A stretch of 64,000 nucleotides of DNA from Deltaproteobacteria bacterium (GTDB lineage: Bacteria; Myxococcota_A; UBA9160; SMWR01): positions 164,851 to 228,850 of the forward strand of contig JAQBHB010000041.1 of assembly GCA_032128115.1 (NCBI GenBank), read 5' to 3'. The notes beneath the pieces were generated by a model. The model worked only from the letters and a program-made list of their open reading frames with translations. It was not told where the DNA came from and ran no database searches. Of this stretch, positions 49,870 to 63,673 are shown one piece after another. Made by a program: the position numbers and the translations under genes. Positions within the stretch are counted from its first letter, which is position 1, and each line of letters starts with the position of its first letter.

Positions 49870-50646
49870 ATGGGTGCGGGTGTTCGACTCGGGGTTGCGG
49901 TCCTCGGTTTCGGTTCACTCCTCGCTTGCGCTTCGGGGCCGCCGCACCACATCAGTGGGACCGTGGCCTATCGCGAGCGAATCGCGCTTCCGCCGGACGC
50001 CGTGGTGCGGGTGACGCTGGCGGAGACGTCCCGGCAGGATGTTCCCGCCAGCGTGGTGGCGGAGACACGGATCGAGCCCACACACGAGGTGCCGATCCCC
50101 TTCGAGCTGGAATACGACCCGGGTGAAATCGAGTCGCATCTCACGTATGCGGTTCGCGCCACGATCCGCAGCGGCGAGGCGTTGCTCTTCACCACCGATC
50201 GCATCTACCCGGTGCTGACCCGGGGCGCCGCGAACCGGGTCGATCTCATGCTCGTTCGCAGCTGGGGCACGACGGAGCCTGCGGAGCCGGTGCCCGATGC
50301 CGATCTCGTCGACACGCGCTGGCTGCTGCGCACACTCGACGGGAATCCGATCAGCGTGGGGGGCCAGCAGCGGACGCCCCGTCTCCAGTTCAAGCGGGAG
50401 GCAGGCGGGCTCGTGGCATTCGGGTTCCTGGGTTGCAATGCGTTCCAGGGCGGCTGCCAGCTGGATCCCCCGGCCCTGAAGCTCGGGCCCCTGGCCGCAA
50501 CCATGATGGCCTGTCCGCTCATGGAGCTGGAGACGCGCTTTTCTCGTATGCTGTCGCAGGTGGAGAGCTTCGACATCCAGGGCGCGTGGCTCGTGCTCGA
50601 GCGCGAGGGCGTGCCGGTCGCCAGCTTCGAAGCCTGGTACGAGTAG
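49870..50646 (+). CDS. YbaY-like lipoprotein fused to a META (HslJ) domain
   Basis: Lipobox LLAC; ISGTVAYRERIALPPDA, VPIPFEL, LLFTTD; then WLLRTLDG, GFLGCNAF, LAATMMACP. Confidence 0.85.
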   Translation: MGAGVRLGVAVLGFGSLLACASGPPHHISGTVAYRERIALPPDAVVRVTLAETSRQDVPASVVAETRIEPTHEVPIPFELEYDPGEIESHLTYAVRATIRSGEALLFTTDRIYPVLTRGAANRVDLMLVRSWGTTEPAEPVPDADLVDTRWLLRTLDGNPISVGGQQRTPRLQFKREAGGLVAFGFLGCNAFQGGCQLDPPALKLGPLAATMMACPLMELETRFSRMLSQVESFDIQGAWLVLEREGVPVASFEAWYE

Positions 50647-50675
50647 GTCCGGCGCGGGGTATCATTCGCGGCGTC

Positions 50676-52049
50676 ATGACCAACCCGTCTCCCTCGCATT
50701 GTGTTCCCTCGCATTGTGTGGCCGTCATCGGCGGTGCCGTCGCCGGCGCCGAGATCGCGGGGACCCTGGCGCAGCGCGGCGTGGAGGTGGTGGTGTTCGA
50801 GCAGAACGTCCGCCCCTACGGAAAGATCGAAGACGGCCTACCGCGCTGGCACGCGGCCCTGCGCCGCAAGGAGTACGAGAGCATCGGCACCCACCTGGGC
50901 CGCGAGGGCGTGCATTTCGTGCCGCTCACCAAGGTGGGCCGCGACCTGTCGTTCACCGACCTGGTGGATGCGTGGGGCTTCTCGGGCGTGGTGCTGGCGT
51001 GTGGCGCCTGGCGCGATCGCCCCATGCCGGTGGAGGGTGCCGACGCCTACGAGGGCAAGGGGCTCATCTACCAGAACCCGTTCATCATCTGGTTCAACCA
51101 CGCCAACGAGCAGAACTACGACGGTCCGCGTTTCGAGCCCGAGGACGGCGCGCTGGTCGTGGGTGGAGGGCTCGCTTCCATCGACGTAGCGAAGGCCCTG
51201 ATGCTGGAGACGGTGCGCGCGAAGCTTCGCGAGCGCGACATCGAAACCGACATGGTGGAGTTGGAGGTGAAGGGAATCCCCAAGGTTCTCGCGCGCCACG
51301 ATCTGCGCTTCGAAGACCTGGGGCTCGAGGGCTGCACGCTCTTCTATCGCCGCGAGGCGCGAGACATGCCCCTGGCCGAGATTCCCGACGGCGCCAGCCC
51401 CGAGCGCGCCGAGAAGATGTGCAAGGCCCGGGAGCGCCTGCTGGGCAAGGCCATGGAGAAATACCGCTTCCACTTCGAACCTCTGTGCGCGCCCGATGGG
51501 CTGCTGGTCGAAGGCGAGCGGCTGGTGGGATTGCGCTTCCGGCGCACGCGCATGGAGAAGGGACGACCCGTGGCCACCGACGAGACCTTCGAGCGGCGCG
51601 GCGCCTACGTGATCAGCTCCATCGGGAGCATCCCCGAGCCCCTCGAGGGCGTTCCCATGCGCGGCGAATTGTTCGACTTCAGCGACTGGGACCTGGGTCG
51701 CCTGGAGGCCTTCCCCACGGTCTTCGCCACCGGCAACGTGGCCACGGGCAAGGGCAACATCGTGGCCTCGCGCAAGCACGCGCAACACGTGGGCGAAGAG
51801 ATGATCGAGGCCTTCCTGGGTCTGGGAGAAGCCGGTCACGCCGGCGAGGAGGCCATTGCCGACGCAGCCGCCGCGGGGGCTCGCGAAGCCGCCGAACACG
51901 TGTCGGCGCGGATCGAGAAACAACCGGCCCTGACACCGGATGCGCTGGAGTCGATTCGCGCCCGCGTGAAGCAGCGCCAACGGAGCGTGGGCTACGAGGG
52001 CGGTTACGTCCGCTGGATCGAGCGGGTCACACCCGCCGACCTCGAGTAG
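50676..52049 (+). CDS. FAD/NAD(P)-dependent oxidoreductase (ferredoxin-NADP reductase/GltD-like)
   Basis: VAVIGGAVAG, VFEQ..PYG, VVLACGA, VVGGGLASIDVA, YRR, VISSIG, VFATGN. Confidence 0.7.
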   Translation: MTNPSPSHCVPSHCVAVIGGAVAGAEIAGTLAQRGVEVVVFEQNVRPYGKIEDGLPRWHAALRRKEYESIGTHLGREGVHFVPLTKVGRDLSFTDLVDAWGFSGVVLACGAWRDRPMPVEGADAYEGKGLIYQNPFIIWFNHANEQNYDGPRFEPEDGALVVGGGLASIDVAKALMLETVRAKLRERDIETDMVELEVKGIPKVLARHDLRFEDLGLEGCTLFYRREARDMPLAEIPDGASPERAEKMCKARERLLGKAMEKYRFHFEPLCAPDGLLVEGERLVGLRFRRTRMEKGRPVATDETFERRGAYVISSIGSIPEPLEGVPMRGELFDFSDWDLGRLEAFPTVFATGNVATGKGNIVASRKHAQHVGEEMIEAFLGLGEAGHAGEEAIADAAAAGAREAAEHVSARIEKQPALTPDALESIRARVKQRQRSVGYEGGYVRWIERVTPADLE

Positions 52050-52068
52050 CTCCAGACTTCCGCTCTTC

Positions 52069-53940
<1,872 letters not shown>

Positions 53941-54005
53941 GGGGGGAGGGCTCCTCGTTTTTTTCCGGTCCAGGACGTTCGGGCCTGGGCTCTGCGCCTA
54001 GGACC

Positions 54006-55766
54006 TCATGGTTGCGACCCCGCTGGGGGGGTCCTCGAATCATCGCGGGCCGCGGCGCGCAGCGCCTGCTTCTCCCGAAGCAGCCCGAGGCCATCGGCCT
54101 GGGGGTCACGCATGCGCCGCGTCAGATCGGTATCCGCACTCTTCACATACTGCTTGCGCAGGTACACCAGGGTGTCACCCACGGTGCGCTCGGCGGCATC
54201 GAGCTCCTGCTCGTAGCCTTCTGCGGCCAGCGACCACAGCAGCTGCCGCTCCAGCTCTTCCAGGTCCTCGGCCAGCGCCTCCAGATCGAACCGATCGCGT
54301 GAGGCCGCGTCGATCAGCGCCAGCACCAGACGCGAGGCGGGGCCTGCAGGCACCATCGACTCGAACTCGTCGCGGGAGATGTGGCGCGTCAGCAACGGGT
54401 AGGCCAGCAGACTTCGCATCAGCTGCTGCAGGATCCGGTCCTCGGGTCCGCGCCTGCGCACCTCCACGGGAATCTCGGCTGCTGCGTCCCCGCCGCGCTG
54501 GGCGGCTCGCACTGCTGCCTCAACGTGTGACGGCTCGGCGCCCACGGCCAGGGCCAGTTGGGTGCAGTAGGCGCCGCGCTCCACCGGCGACACCACCAGC
54601 GCCACCAGCTTCGCCACGGAGGCCACCACGTCGGCCTTCTCCCACGGCGTGCGGCTCCCCGTGCCGGCAGCGCGAGAGATGGCGGCCTCCAGGGCGGGCG
54701 GAGCCTGGTCCACCAGGGCCTTCAAGGCTTCGGGACCTTCTCGGGTCAGCAGGCTGTCCGGATCGTCACCGGCCGGAAGCAGCGCCGTGCGCACGCGCAG
54801 GCCCAGGGGCAGCAGGATCTCCAGAGAGCGCTCGGCGGCGCGCTGGCCGGCCTCGTCGCCGTCGAAGAGCAGCACTACCTGACGCGTGCGGCGCAGCAGG
54901 CCGCGACCGTGATCCGGGGTGAGAGCCGTGCCGCAGGTAGCCAGCGTTCCTTCCACACCCGCGCGGTGAAGCGCGATTAGATCGAAGTAGCCCTCCACCA
55001 CCACCGCTCGCTCGCTGCGGCGAATCGCCTCGAGCGCCATGGGGAAGCCGTAGAAGGCCTCGCGCTTGCGGAAGATCGGCGTCTCGGGGGAGTTCAGGTA
55101 CTTGGGTTGCTGGTCGTCCGAGATCGCCCGGCCACCGAAGGCCACCACCCGGCCGCGCACGTCGCGGATGGGGAAGATCACGCGGCCGCGGAAACGGTCG
55201 TAGTGGCCACCGCTCTGGCGTGCGGCGAGCAGGCCGGCCTGTTCGCCCATCTGCGGCTCGATCTTCTTCTCTCGCAGGTGGGACGTGAGAAAGTCCCAAC
55301 TGTCGGGAGCAAAGCCGATGCCAAATCGCTCGATGGTCGCGGCGTCGAGACCGCGGGACTCGAGGTACACAGCCGCGGGATTGTCGGGCGCGGCCAGGGC
55401 GGCGCGATAGCACGCCTCCGCCACCTCGTTGGCCGCGCGCAGCTTCTCGGAGAGACCTTCGTCACCACCGGTCTCAGGCACCTCGATGCCGTTCTCGCCG
55501 CCCAGTTTTCGGACGGCCTCGGCGAAGCTCAGGTTCTCCACCTTCATCAGGAAGCCGAAGGCATCGCCACCCTCGCCGCAGCCGAAGCAGTGGTAGGCCT
55601 GTCGGTCGGGATTGACGCTGAAGGAAGGGGTCTTCTCGTGATGGAAAGGACACAGCCCTTTGTAGCTGCGCCCAGATCGCTTGAGTCCGACGAACCGACC
55701 CACGAGGTCGACCATGTCGACGCGGTCGCGGATCTGGTCAATCAAGTCACTCGGGATTCGTCGCAA
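54006..55766 (-). CDS. dnaG: DNA primase
   Basis: CPFHHEKTPSF..CFGC zinc finger, PKYLNSPET, VEGYFD, FDGDEAG, DDPD. Confidence 0.95.
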   Translation of the reverse strand: MRRIPSDLIDQIRDRVDMVDLVGRFVGLKRSGRSYKGLCPFHHEKTPSFSVNPDRQAYHCFGCGEGGDAFGFLMKVENLSFAEAVRKLGGENGIEVPETGGDEGLSEKLRAANEVAEACYRAALAAPDNPAAVYLESRGLDAATIERFGIGFAPDSWDFLTSHLREKKIEPQMGEQAGLLAARQSGGHYDRFRGRVIFPIRDVRGRVVAFGGRAISDDQQPKYLNSPETPIFRKREAFYGFPMALEAIRRSERAVVVEGYFDLIALHRAGVEGTLATCGTALTPDHGRGLLRRTRQVVLLFDGDEAGQRAAERSLEILLPLGLRVRTALLPAGDDPDSLLTREGPEALKALVDQAPPALEAAISRAAGTGSRTPWEKADVVASVAKLVALVVSPVERGAYCTQLALAVGAEPSHVEAAVRAAQRGGDAAAEIPVEVRRRGPEDRILQQLMRSLLAYPLLTRHISRDEFESMVPAGPASRLVLALIDAASRDRFDLEALAEDLEELERQLLWSLAAEGYEQELDAAERTVGDTLVYLRKQYVKSADTDLTRRMRDPQADGLGLLREKQALRAAARDDSRTPPAGSQP

Positions 55767-55791
55767 GGGCGGCTCCGTGACTCCCGGCTCT

Positions 55792-55989
55792 CTAACGCGC
55801 TACCCTTCTGAGCTTCTTCAGTGCGCGTTTGCGAGCGGCGGCTGCCTTCTTCTTCTTGCGCACGCTGGGCTTGTCGTAGTACTCACGCCGTTTCAGCTCG
55901 CTCAGGATCCCCGCCTTCTCGCACTGCTTCTTGAAGCGCTTCATCGCAACTTCGAAGGGCTCGTTCTCGCGGATCTTGATGACGGCCAA
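55792..55989 (-). CDS. rpsU: 30S ribosomal protein S21
   Basis: [40 protein letters not shown] start at 55989 after GGGGAG. Confidence 0.93.
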   Translation of the reverse strand: MAVIKIRENEPFEVAMKRFKKQCEKAGILSELKRREYYDKPSVRKKKKAAAARKRALKKLRRVAR

Positions 55990-56160
55990 ACTGGGCTCCC
56001 CGGTATGCAGCAAGGCCGCAGGACAGGCTGCAGCCTCGGTAGTAAGTGGTCGCCCGCTCGCTCCGGTGTCGAATTGATTGGCTCGGGCGCGCACGTGGAG
56101 CGGCGGGAAAACTCCGTGAAACCGCAGGGTTTCGAGCCGGTTACCCTCGGGTTTTGCAAT

Positions 56161-56994
56161 CTAGCGTAGCGGCTGGTGCCGATCAACCGCGGGGCTCCGG
56201 ACCGGCAATCCGAGTGCAACTAGGCGTTCTTTCACCTGTCCTACGGTCGTTTCGTGGAAGTGGAAGATCGACGCGGCCAGCGCCGCCTGGGCGTGGCCAC
56301 CCTCCGGCCCGTCGTGAAGGGCCGCCGCCAGGTCTTCGGCGCTGCCGCCTCCCCCCGACGCGATCACCGGAACGCGTACCGCCCCGGTCACGGCCCTCAG
56401 GAGCGGCAGGTCATAGCCGCTCTTCGTGCCGTCCCGATCCATGCTCGTGAGCAGGATCTCGCCGGCACCCGCCTCCGCCATGCGCCGGGCCCAGTCCACC
56501 GCGTCGATGCCAGTGGGGCGGCGGCCGCCGTGAGTGCACACTTCCCAGGCTGGATTGTCGCAGTCTGCGCCCCGATTGCCCGACCCGGCGGTGCGCCGGG
56601 CGTCGATGGCCACCACCAGATTGGCGCTGCCGATCTTCACGGCGGCTTCGGGCACCAGGTCGGGATTCGATACGGCCGCCGACATGATCGAGACCTTGTC
56701 GGCACCTGCGTTGAGAAGATCGCGGATGTCCTGGAGCGAACGCACACCCCCGCCCACCGTGAGCGGCATGAATACGGTCTCCGCCGTTCGCGCAACCAGG
56801 TCGAGCAGGATGCCGCGACCCTCGTGAGTCGCGCTGATGTCCAGGAAGGTGATCTCGTCGGCTTCCTGGGCGTCATACATCTGGGCCACTTCAACCGGGT
56901 CGCCGGCATCCACGTGGTCCACGTAACGCACGCCCTTCACCACGCGGCCCTTGTCCACGTCGAGACACACAATGATGCGCTTGAACAGCGTCAC
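56161..56994 (-). CDS. hisF: Imidazole glycerol phosphate synthase cyclase subunit
   Basis: [50 protein letters not shown] overlap. Confidence 0.95.
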   Translation of the reverse strand: MTLFKRIIVCLDVDKGRVVKGVRYVDHVDAGDPVEVAQMYDAQEADEITFLDISATHEGRGILLDLVARTAETVFMPLTVGGGVRSLQDIRDLLNAGADKVSIMSAAVSNPDLVPEAAVKIGSANLVVAIDARRTAGSGNRGADCDNPAWEVCTHGGRRPTGIDAVDWARRMAEAGAGEILLTSMDRDGTKSGYDLPLLRAVTGAVRVPVIASGGGGSAEDLAAALHDGPEGGHAQAALAASIFHFHETTVGQVKERLVALGLPVRSPAVDRHQPLR

Positions 56995-57629
56995 GGCGCG
57001 CTGGGCAGCGACTGGGCCACCTGGCTTGCTCCCCAGCGGGCGAAGTCCGCCGCGGTGAGCCAGCGCGTTCCACCGCCCGGGTACAGGCGCGCGCGCAGCG
57101 GGTTTTCGGTGATCGATTGCTGGGTCTCTTCGAAACGCGCCTGCCAGAGACGCTGTCCGCTGGGCGCCGCGAACAGCGTCACCTCGAAGGCCACGCTGGC
57201 TGGCTCGGTGCTGCCCAGTGCCTGCCCGGAGCGCTCCCGATAACGCCACACCTCGCCCACCAGCACCGCGCTGGCGCCGAAATCCCTGGCCGCCAGCACC
57301 GCGGCCGCGCGCCCGTCCAGACGCGGCGTCGGCCGGCCCTCGGCGCTGAACGCGAGGGCCAGATCGCCGGGGGGGATCACCGGGATGCCGCGAGCCGCAA
57401 CGGCCTCGGTCACGAAGCGCCCCACCAACTCGGCTGCCGTGGCCGCAGAGACTCCCGCCTGGGTCGCGTCCAGGCCGGGCCGGGGATAGAAGGGCATCAC
57501 CGCCAGCATGCCCAGGACGTCCCGGGGAACCGCGTAGGCCCGCTGCTGTACCACGGGAGGCTGGCGCGAACACGCCGGCACCAGCAGCAGCAGCAACACC
57601 ATGGCCAGCGCAGGGCGGATCAGCGACAC
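56991..57629 (-). CDS. Hypothetical lipoprotein (possibly DUF799/CsgG-TolB_N-like)
   Basis: Lipobox [37 protein letters not shown]. Confidence 0.6.
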   Translation of the reverse strand: MSLIRPALAMVLLLLLVPACSRQPPVVQQRAYAVPRDVLGMLAVMPFYPRPGLDATQAGVSAATAAELVGRFVTEAVAARGIPVIPPGDLALAFSAEGRPTPRLDGRAAAVLAARDFGASAVLVGEVWRYRERSGQALGSTEPASVAFEVTLFAAPSGQRLWQARFEETQQSITENPLRARLYPGGGTRWLTAADFARWGASQVAQSLPSAP

Positions 57630-58267
57630 GAACTCACCCAGGCGGCGTACGCGTCCAGCAGCCGCTTGCCGGCGGCTTGACTCTTTTCCGGGTGGAACTG
57701 CACGGCGAACATGAATCCGCTGGCCACGGCGGCCGCGAACTCGCCGCCGTAGTCGGTCACCCCCGCCACGTGCTCCGGGCGCACACCGGTGGGTCGAAAG
57801 GAGTGCACGAAGTAGAAGCAGTCGGATGCGGGCAGCTGCGCCACCATGGGGTGGTCGCCCTGGAACCGCACCGTATTCCAGCCGATGTGGGGAACCCGAA
57901 GCCCGGCCCCGCTCGCGTCGCGATCGGGGAACTCCTCGACGCGTCCGTCGAACAGCGCCAGCCCCGGCGTGCGGCCGTGCTCGTCACTCTCCTCGAACAG
58001 CATCTGGAGTCCGAGACACAACCCCAGATAGGGGCGGCCGGCGGCGATGGACGAAACCACCGCCTCATCCAGGCCCTTGGCCCTCAGGTTGGCCATGCCG
58101 TAGGCGAAGGCGCCCACGCCCGGCAACACGACGCCATCGGCGCGCCGCACGGCCATGGGGTCGCTCGTCACGTCGGGCACCAGCCCGGACCGTTCCAGGG
58201 CCTTGGCGACACTTCGCAGGTTTCCGGCGCCATAGTCGACGACGGCAATGGTGGGGGAAGGGGACAT
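57620..58267 (-). CDS. hisH: Imidazole glycerol phosphate synthase glutaminase subunit
   Basis: [45 protein letters not shown]. Confidence 0.95.
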   Translation of the reverse strand: MSPSPTIAVVDYGAGNLRSVAKALERSGLVPDVTSDPMAVRRADGVVLPGVGAFAYGMANLRAKGLDEAVVSSIAAGRPYLGLCLGLQMLFEESDEHGRTPGLALFDGRVEEFPDRDASGAGLRVPHIGWNTVRFQGDHPMVAQLPASDCFYFVHSFRPTGVRPEHVAGVTDYGGEFAAAVASGFMFAVQFHPEKSQAAGKRLLDAYAAWVSSCR

Positions 58268-58274
58268 CGGGGGT

Positions 58275-58875
58275 TCAGAGGGCCCCCTTCACCGTGGGAA
58301 GACCCACGACACGCGGGTCTCGCTCCACCGCCGTGCGCAACGCGCGCGCCAGTCCCTTGAAACACGCCTCCACCACGTGGTGGGGGTTGCGTCCGTAGCG
58401 GAGGTCCACGTGCAGGTCGAGCCCCCGCGTTCTGGGAGAACGCGTAGAAGAAGTCCTCGGCCAGACTGGCGTCGAAGCTGCCGATGCGGGTGTTGGCCAA
58501 CTCCACCGCGTACACCAGGTACGGCCGGTTCGACACGTCGATGCTCACCTCGACCTTCGCCTCGGACATGGGAATCACGGCCGATCCGTAGCGGCGGATT
58601 CCCTCGGCCGTGCCCAGGGCCTCCCGGAGCGCCTGGCCCAGGGTGATCCCCACATCCTCCACCGTGTGGTGGGTGTCCACTTCCAGGTCGCCCTTCGCGG
58701 CCAGGCGCAGATCGAATAGAGCGTGACGCGCGAACGACTGCAGCATGTGGTCCAGGAACGGGACGCCGGTGGAGACGTCGTACGCCCCCGATCCATCCAG
58801 ATCGATTTCGACCCGCACGTCGCTCTCGTTCGTCTTGCGCGTGACAGACGCCTTGCGATTCGCCGCCTTGCTCAC
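58275..58875 (-). CDS. hisB: Imidazoleglycerol-phosphate dehydratase with a +1 frameshift as sequenced
   Basis: [23 protein letters not shown]. Removing one base from the C5 run at 58422-58426 restores [23 protein letters not shown]...PTVKGAL*. The span is 601 bp (600+1). Confidence 0.9.
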
Positions 58876-60254
58876 AGCTCGACCTCTGCCTCCGCGTCGC
58901 GAGCCGCCTCGCGCTCGCGGCGCGCGCGACGGATCTTCGCCAGGCGCAGCTCCACGGATCTGGCGTGGCCCGTCAGGCCCTCGAGCTCGGCCAGACGGAT
59001 CACGTCGGCCCCCAGCTCGCGCAGCTTGGGAGGCTCGAAACGGATCACGCTCGTGCGCTTCAGGAAATCGTCGACCCCCAGAGGCGAGAAGAAGCGCGCC
59101 GTACCGCCCGTGGGCAGCACGTGGTTCGGGCCGGCCAGGTAGTCGCCCACTGCGACCGGGGAGTAGTGGCCCAGGAAGATCGCGCCGGCGTTGCGAACCT
59201 GCTTGGAAACCGTGTCGGCGTCGTCGAGGGCGAGCACCAGGTGTTCGGGCGCGTATCGGTTCGCCAGCTGGAGGCATTCCTCCAGATTGCGGGCCAACAC
59301 GATGGCGCTGCGCGTCGTGAGCGACGTGCGCGCGATCTTCGAGCGCTCGAGCGTCTTGAGCTGACGCATCACCTGGTCCTGCACGCGGGCTGCGATCGTC
59401 TTGACGGGAGTGATCAGCACCACGCTGGCCAGCTCATCGTGTTCGGCCTGGGAGATCAGATCGGCCGCGATCCACGCGGGGGTAGCGGTGCGATCCGCCA
59501 CCACCAGCACCTCGGTGGGCCCCGCTTCCGCGTCGATGGCCACGTCTCCAAATACCATGCGTTTGGCCGTGGCCACGTAGATGTTTCCGGGCCCCACGAT
59601 CTTGTCCACCATGGGGACGGTGGCGGTGCCATAGGCCAGGGCCGCCACCGCGTGGGCGCCGCCCATCTTGAAGACGCGGTGCACGCCCGCAACCTTGGCG
59701 GCGATCAGCACCGCGGCGGGAACCCGACCATCCGGCTGCGCGGGCGTGGCCATCACGATCTCGGGCACCTCGACCACCGAGGCCGGCACCGCGTTCATGA
59801 TCACGGTGGACGGATACACGGCCTTGCCGCCGGGCACGTAGATGCCCACGCGCTCCAGCGGACGCACCCGGATGCCGAAGCCGGCGCCCCCTTCCTCGCG
59901 CACCTCCCAGCTGGAGGGAATGCGTTTGCGGTGGAACTCGCGCACGCGCATGGCGGCCTTGCCCAGGGCGGCTCGATCGGCCGGGTCGATCGTCTCGGCG
60001 GCGTAATCCCACTCGTCGCGGGTCACCTCGAGCTTCGACACACGCGCGCCATCGAACTTGCGCACGCAGGCCATGAGCTCTTCGTCGCCGCCCTCCCGGA
60101 CCCGGTCGATGATGCGGCGGACCGACTTCTCCACATCTCCCGTGCCGGCCTCGCGCCGATTGCAGAGTTTTGCGAACGCGGACTCAAAGCCGGATGCGTC
60201 GCTCTGAAGAACCGGGAGAATGCCTTTTGCGGTGGAACGAGCTGCCATGCTCAA
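58872..60254 (-). CDS. hisD: Histidinol dehydrogenase
   Basis: GIYVPGG, YPSTV, VDKIVGPGN, QAEHD, APEHL, GDYLAGPNHVLPT. Confidence 0.95.
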   Translation of the reverse strand: MSMAARSTAKGILPVLQSDASGFESAFAKLCNRREAGTGDVEKSVRRIIDRVREGGDEELMACVRKFDGARVSKLEVTRDEWDYAAETIDPADRAALGKAAMRVREFHRKRIPSSWEVREEGGAGFGIRVRPLERVGIYVPGGKAVYPSTVIMNAVPASVVEVPEIVMATPAQPDGRVPAAVLIAAKVAGVHRVFKMGGAHAVAALAYGTATVPMVDKIVGPGNIYVATAKRMVFGDVAIDAEAGPTEVLVVADRTATPAWIAADLISQAEHDELASVVLITPVKTIAARVQDQVMRQLKTLERSKIARTSLTTRSAIVLARNLEECLQLANRYAPEHLVLALDDADTVSKQVRNAGAIFLGHYSPVAVGDYLAGPNHVLPTGGTARFFSPLGVDDFLKRTSVIRFEPPKLRELGADVIRLAELEGLTGHARSVELRLAKIRRARREREAARDAEAEVEL

Positions 60255-61510
60255 CCCTCCCTCCGGATCGTGGCCCCGAGGCTGGAAAGCTTTTGTTCGA
60301 TTCTCTCGTATCCGCGATCGATGTGATAGACGCGACCGATCACCGTCTCACCCTCGGCGGCCAGGCCCGCCACGATCAGGCCGGCCGACGCCCGCAGGTC
60401 GGTGGCCATGACCGGGGCCCCCATCAGACGCGGGACGCCTCGGATGTGGGCGGTGCGGCCTTCCAGGGAAATGTCGGCGCCCATACGCTGGAGCTCAGGG
60501 ACGTGCATGAAGCGGTTCTCGAACACGCCCTCGGTCACCACGCTCGAGCCGTTGGCCACCGCGAGCAGGGCCATCAGCTGGGCCTGCATATCGGTGGGAT
60601 AGCCGGGGAAGGGCGCCGTCACCACGCGCACGCCTCGCAGCGGCCCATCGCCCCGGGCCCGCACACCGGTGGCATCCACCTCCAGATTCGCCCCCGCCTC
60701 ACGCAGCTTGTCCAGGGTCGATTCCATCTCGGCGGTGTCGATTCCCGTCACGCGCACGTCGCCCCGGGTGATGAGCCCCGCAGCCAGCAGCGTTCCGGCC
60801 TCGATGCGATCGCCCGAGACTGCGTGACGGATGCCGCGGATCGATTCGACGCCCCGCACCACGATGCGGTCGTTCCCCGCGCCGCGCACCTGGGCGCCCA
60901 TCTTGTTCAGGGCGTAGGCGAGTTCCACCACCTCGGGCTCGCGCGCCGCGTTCTCGATCACGGTCTCGCCGTGGGCCAGGGTGGCGGCCATCATCACGTT
61001 CTGGGTGCCGTTGACCGTGACCACGTCGAAGGCCACCCGCGCGCCCCGGAGCGCCGGGCTCGAGGCCTCCACGTAGCCGTGATCGAGGCGCACCTTGGCT
61101 CCCAGGGCTTCGAAGCCCTTCAGGTGCTGGTCCACCGGGCGCACCCCGATGGCGCAGCCGCCGGGCTCGGAGACCCGCGCCTGGCCGAAACGCGCCAGCA
61201 ACGGGCCGAGCACCAGAAACGACGCGCGCATCTTGCGCACCAGGTCGTAGGGCGCCTCCAGACACGAGACATCTCGCGCATCCACGCGCACCGCGTGGGA
61301 GTCATGAGCGTCCCAGTCGGCGCGCGCACCCAGCGCCCGCATCAATTCGAGCATGGCATCCACGTCGCGCAGCCGGGGCACGTTGTGCAGCACCGTCTCG
61401 CTGTCGGCGAGCAGGGCCGCCGCCATCAGGGCGAGGGTGGCGTTCTTGGAGCCCGAGACCGCCACCTCCCCTTCCAGGCGGGTTCCCCCGGTAACGATGA
61501 TTTGATCCAT
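60251..61510 (-). CDS. murA: UDP-N-acetylglucosamine 1-carboxyvinyltransferase
   Basis: [20 protein letters not shown] (catalytic Cys), NAAREPE, DRIEAGT, TDLRA, HIDRGY. Confidence 0.96.
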   Translation of the reverse strand: MDQIIVTGGTRLEGEVAVSGSKNATLALMAAALLADSETVLHNVPRLRDVDAMLELMRALGARADWDAHDSHAVRVDARDVSCLEAPYDLVRKMRASFLVLGPLLARFGQARVSEPGGCAIGVRPVDQHLKGFEALGAKVRLDHGYVEASSPALRGARVAFDVVTVNGTQNVMMAATLAHGETVIENAAREPEVVELAYALNKMGAQVRGAGNDRIVVRGVESIRGIRHAVSGDRIEAGTLLAAGLITRGDVRVTGIDTAEMESTLDKLREAGANLEVDATGVRARGDGPLRGVRVVTAPFPGYPTDMQAQLMALLAVANGSSVVTEGVFENRFMHVPELQRMGADISLEGRTAHIRGVPRLMGAPVMATDLRASAGLIVAGLAAEGETVIGRVYHIDRGYERIEQKLSSLGATIRREG

Positions 61511-62448
61511 CTAGGCCTCCCCCCCTGGGGCCGCTGACCGGGTCCGTGCCCGGCCGGAAACCACCCGGGGACGGTTCGCCAGGTCGCGCGACACCTTGAC
61601 GTCTAGCAGCCCTGCCTCGCTGCACCAGTCCGCAACGGGCCCGGCCTGCTCCGGAGAGATTTCCAGGGCGAATCCACCGCCCGGAGCCAGCACCGCGCTC
61701 ACGCCGGCGCAGAGCTCGCGCAGATGGGACAATCCATCGGGACCCGCGAAGAGCGCTTCCGGCGGCTCGTGGGCCAGCTCCGGCGCAAGGCGCCCCCGGG
61801 CCGATTCGGCCACGTAGGGCGGATTCGAGACCACCAGGTCGAAGCGCTCGCCGCACACGGGCGCAAACCAGCGACCCGCAAGGAAGCGGACACGCTCCCC
61901 CAGGCCCAGATTGGCGGCATTGGCACGAGCGGCGTCCAGGGCGCGGGGCGAGATGTCGCTGGCCGTCACCTGGGCCCGCGGTCGCTCGCTGGCCAGGGCC
62001 AGGGCGATCGCCCCGCTTCCCGTACCCAGGTCGAGGATTCGAAGCTCGGCATCCGGATCCGGGAAGAGGTCCAGGGCCACCTCCACCAGACGCTCGGTCT
62101 CGGGTCGCGGGATCAACACACCCGGCGCCATGCGCAGCGCGAGCGACCAGAACTCCTTGTGGCCCAACAACTGGGCCACCGGCACCCGCTCGTCCGCGCG
62201 ACGGCGCACCAGATCGCGAAAGCCCGCGCGCTCCTCCGGGCTCACCGGCTTGTCGAAGTCCACGTAGAGCTTCAGGCGATTTCCGCCCAGGGCGAAGGCC
62301 AGCAGGCATTCGGCGTCGAGGCGCGGGGTGTCGATGCCGAGCGATGCGAAGTGCTCGCTGGTCCAACGCAACAGCTCCAACACCGTCCACACTCTTGCCC
62401 TTTCGGACGTGGGCGCGGCCGGGGCCAGGCTCTGTGTCGAGGGCGCGG

Positions 62449-62452
<4 letters not shown>
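61511..62452 (-). CDS. prmC: Release factor glutamine methyltransferase
   Basis: [40 protein letters not shown] overlap with prfA. Confidence 0.93.
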
Positions 62453-63528
<1,076 letters not shown>

Positions 63529-63673
63529 CCAAGGGCCAACTGACTCTCGCAAGTCACCGAGGCGACAGGGCCACGGCGCCAGGACGAGATTAGTGGAGGG
63601 ATGCCGACAGGTTACGCGATCTTCAGCCCAGCGTCACCCACCGGAAGCCCCGGGGGGAGAGGCGGCGGCTCGG

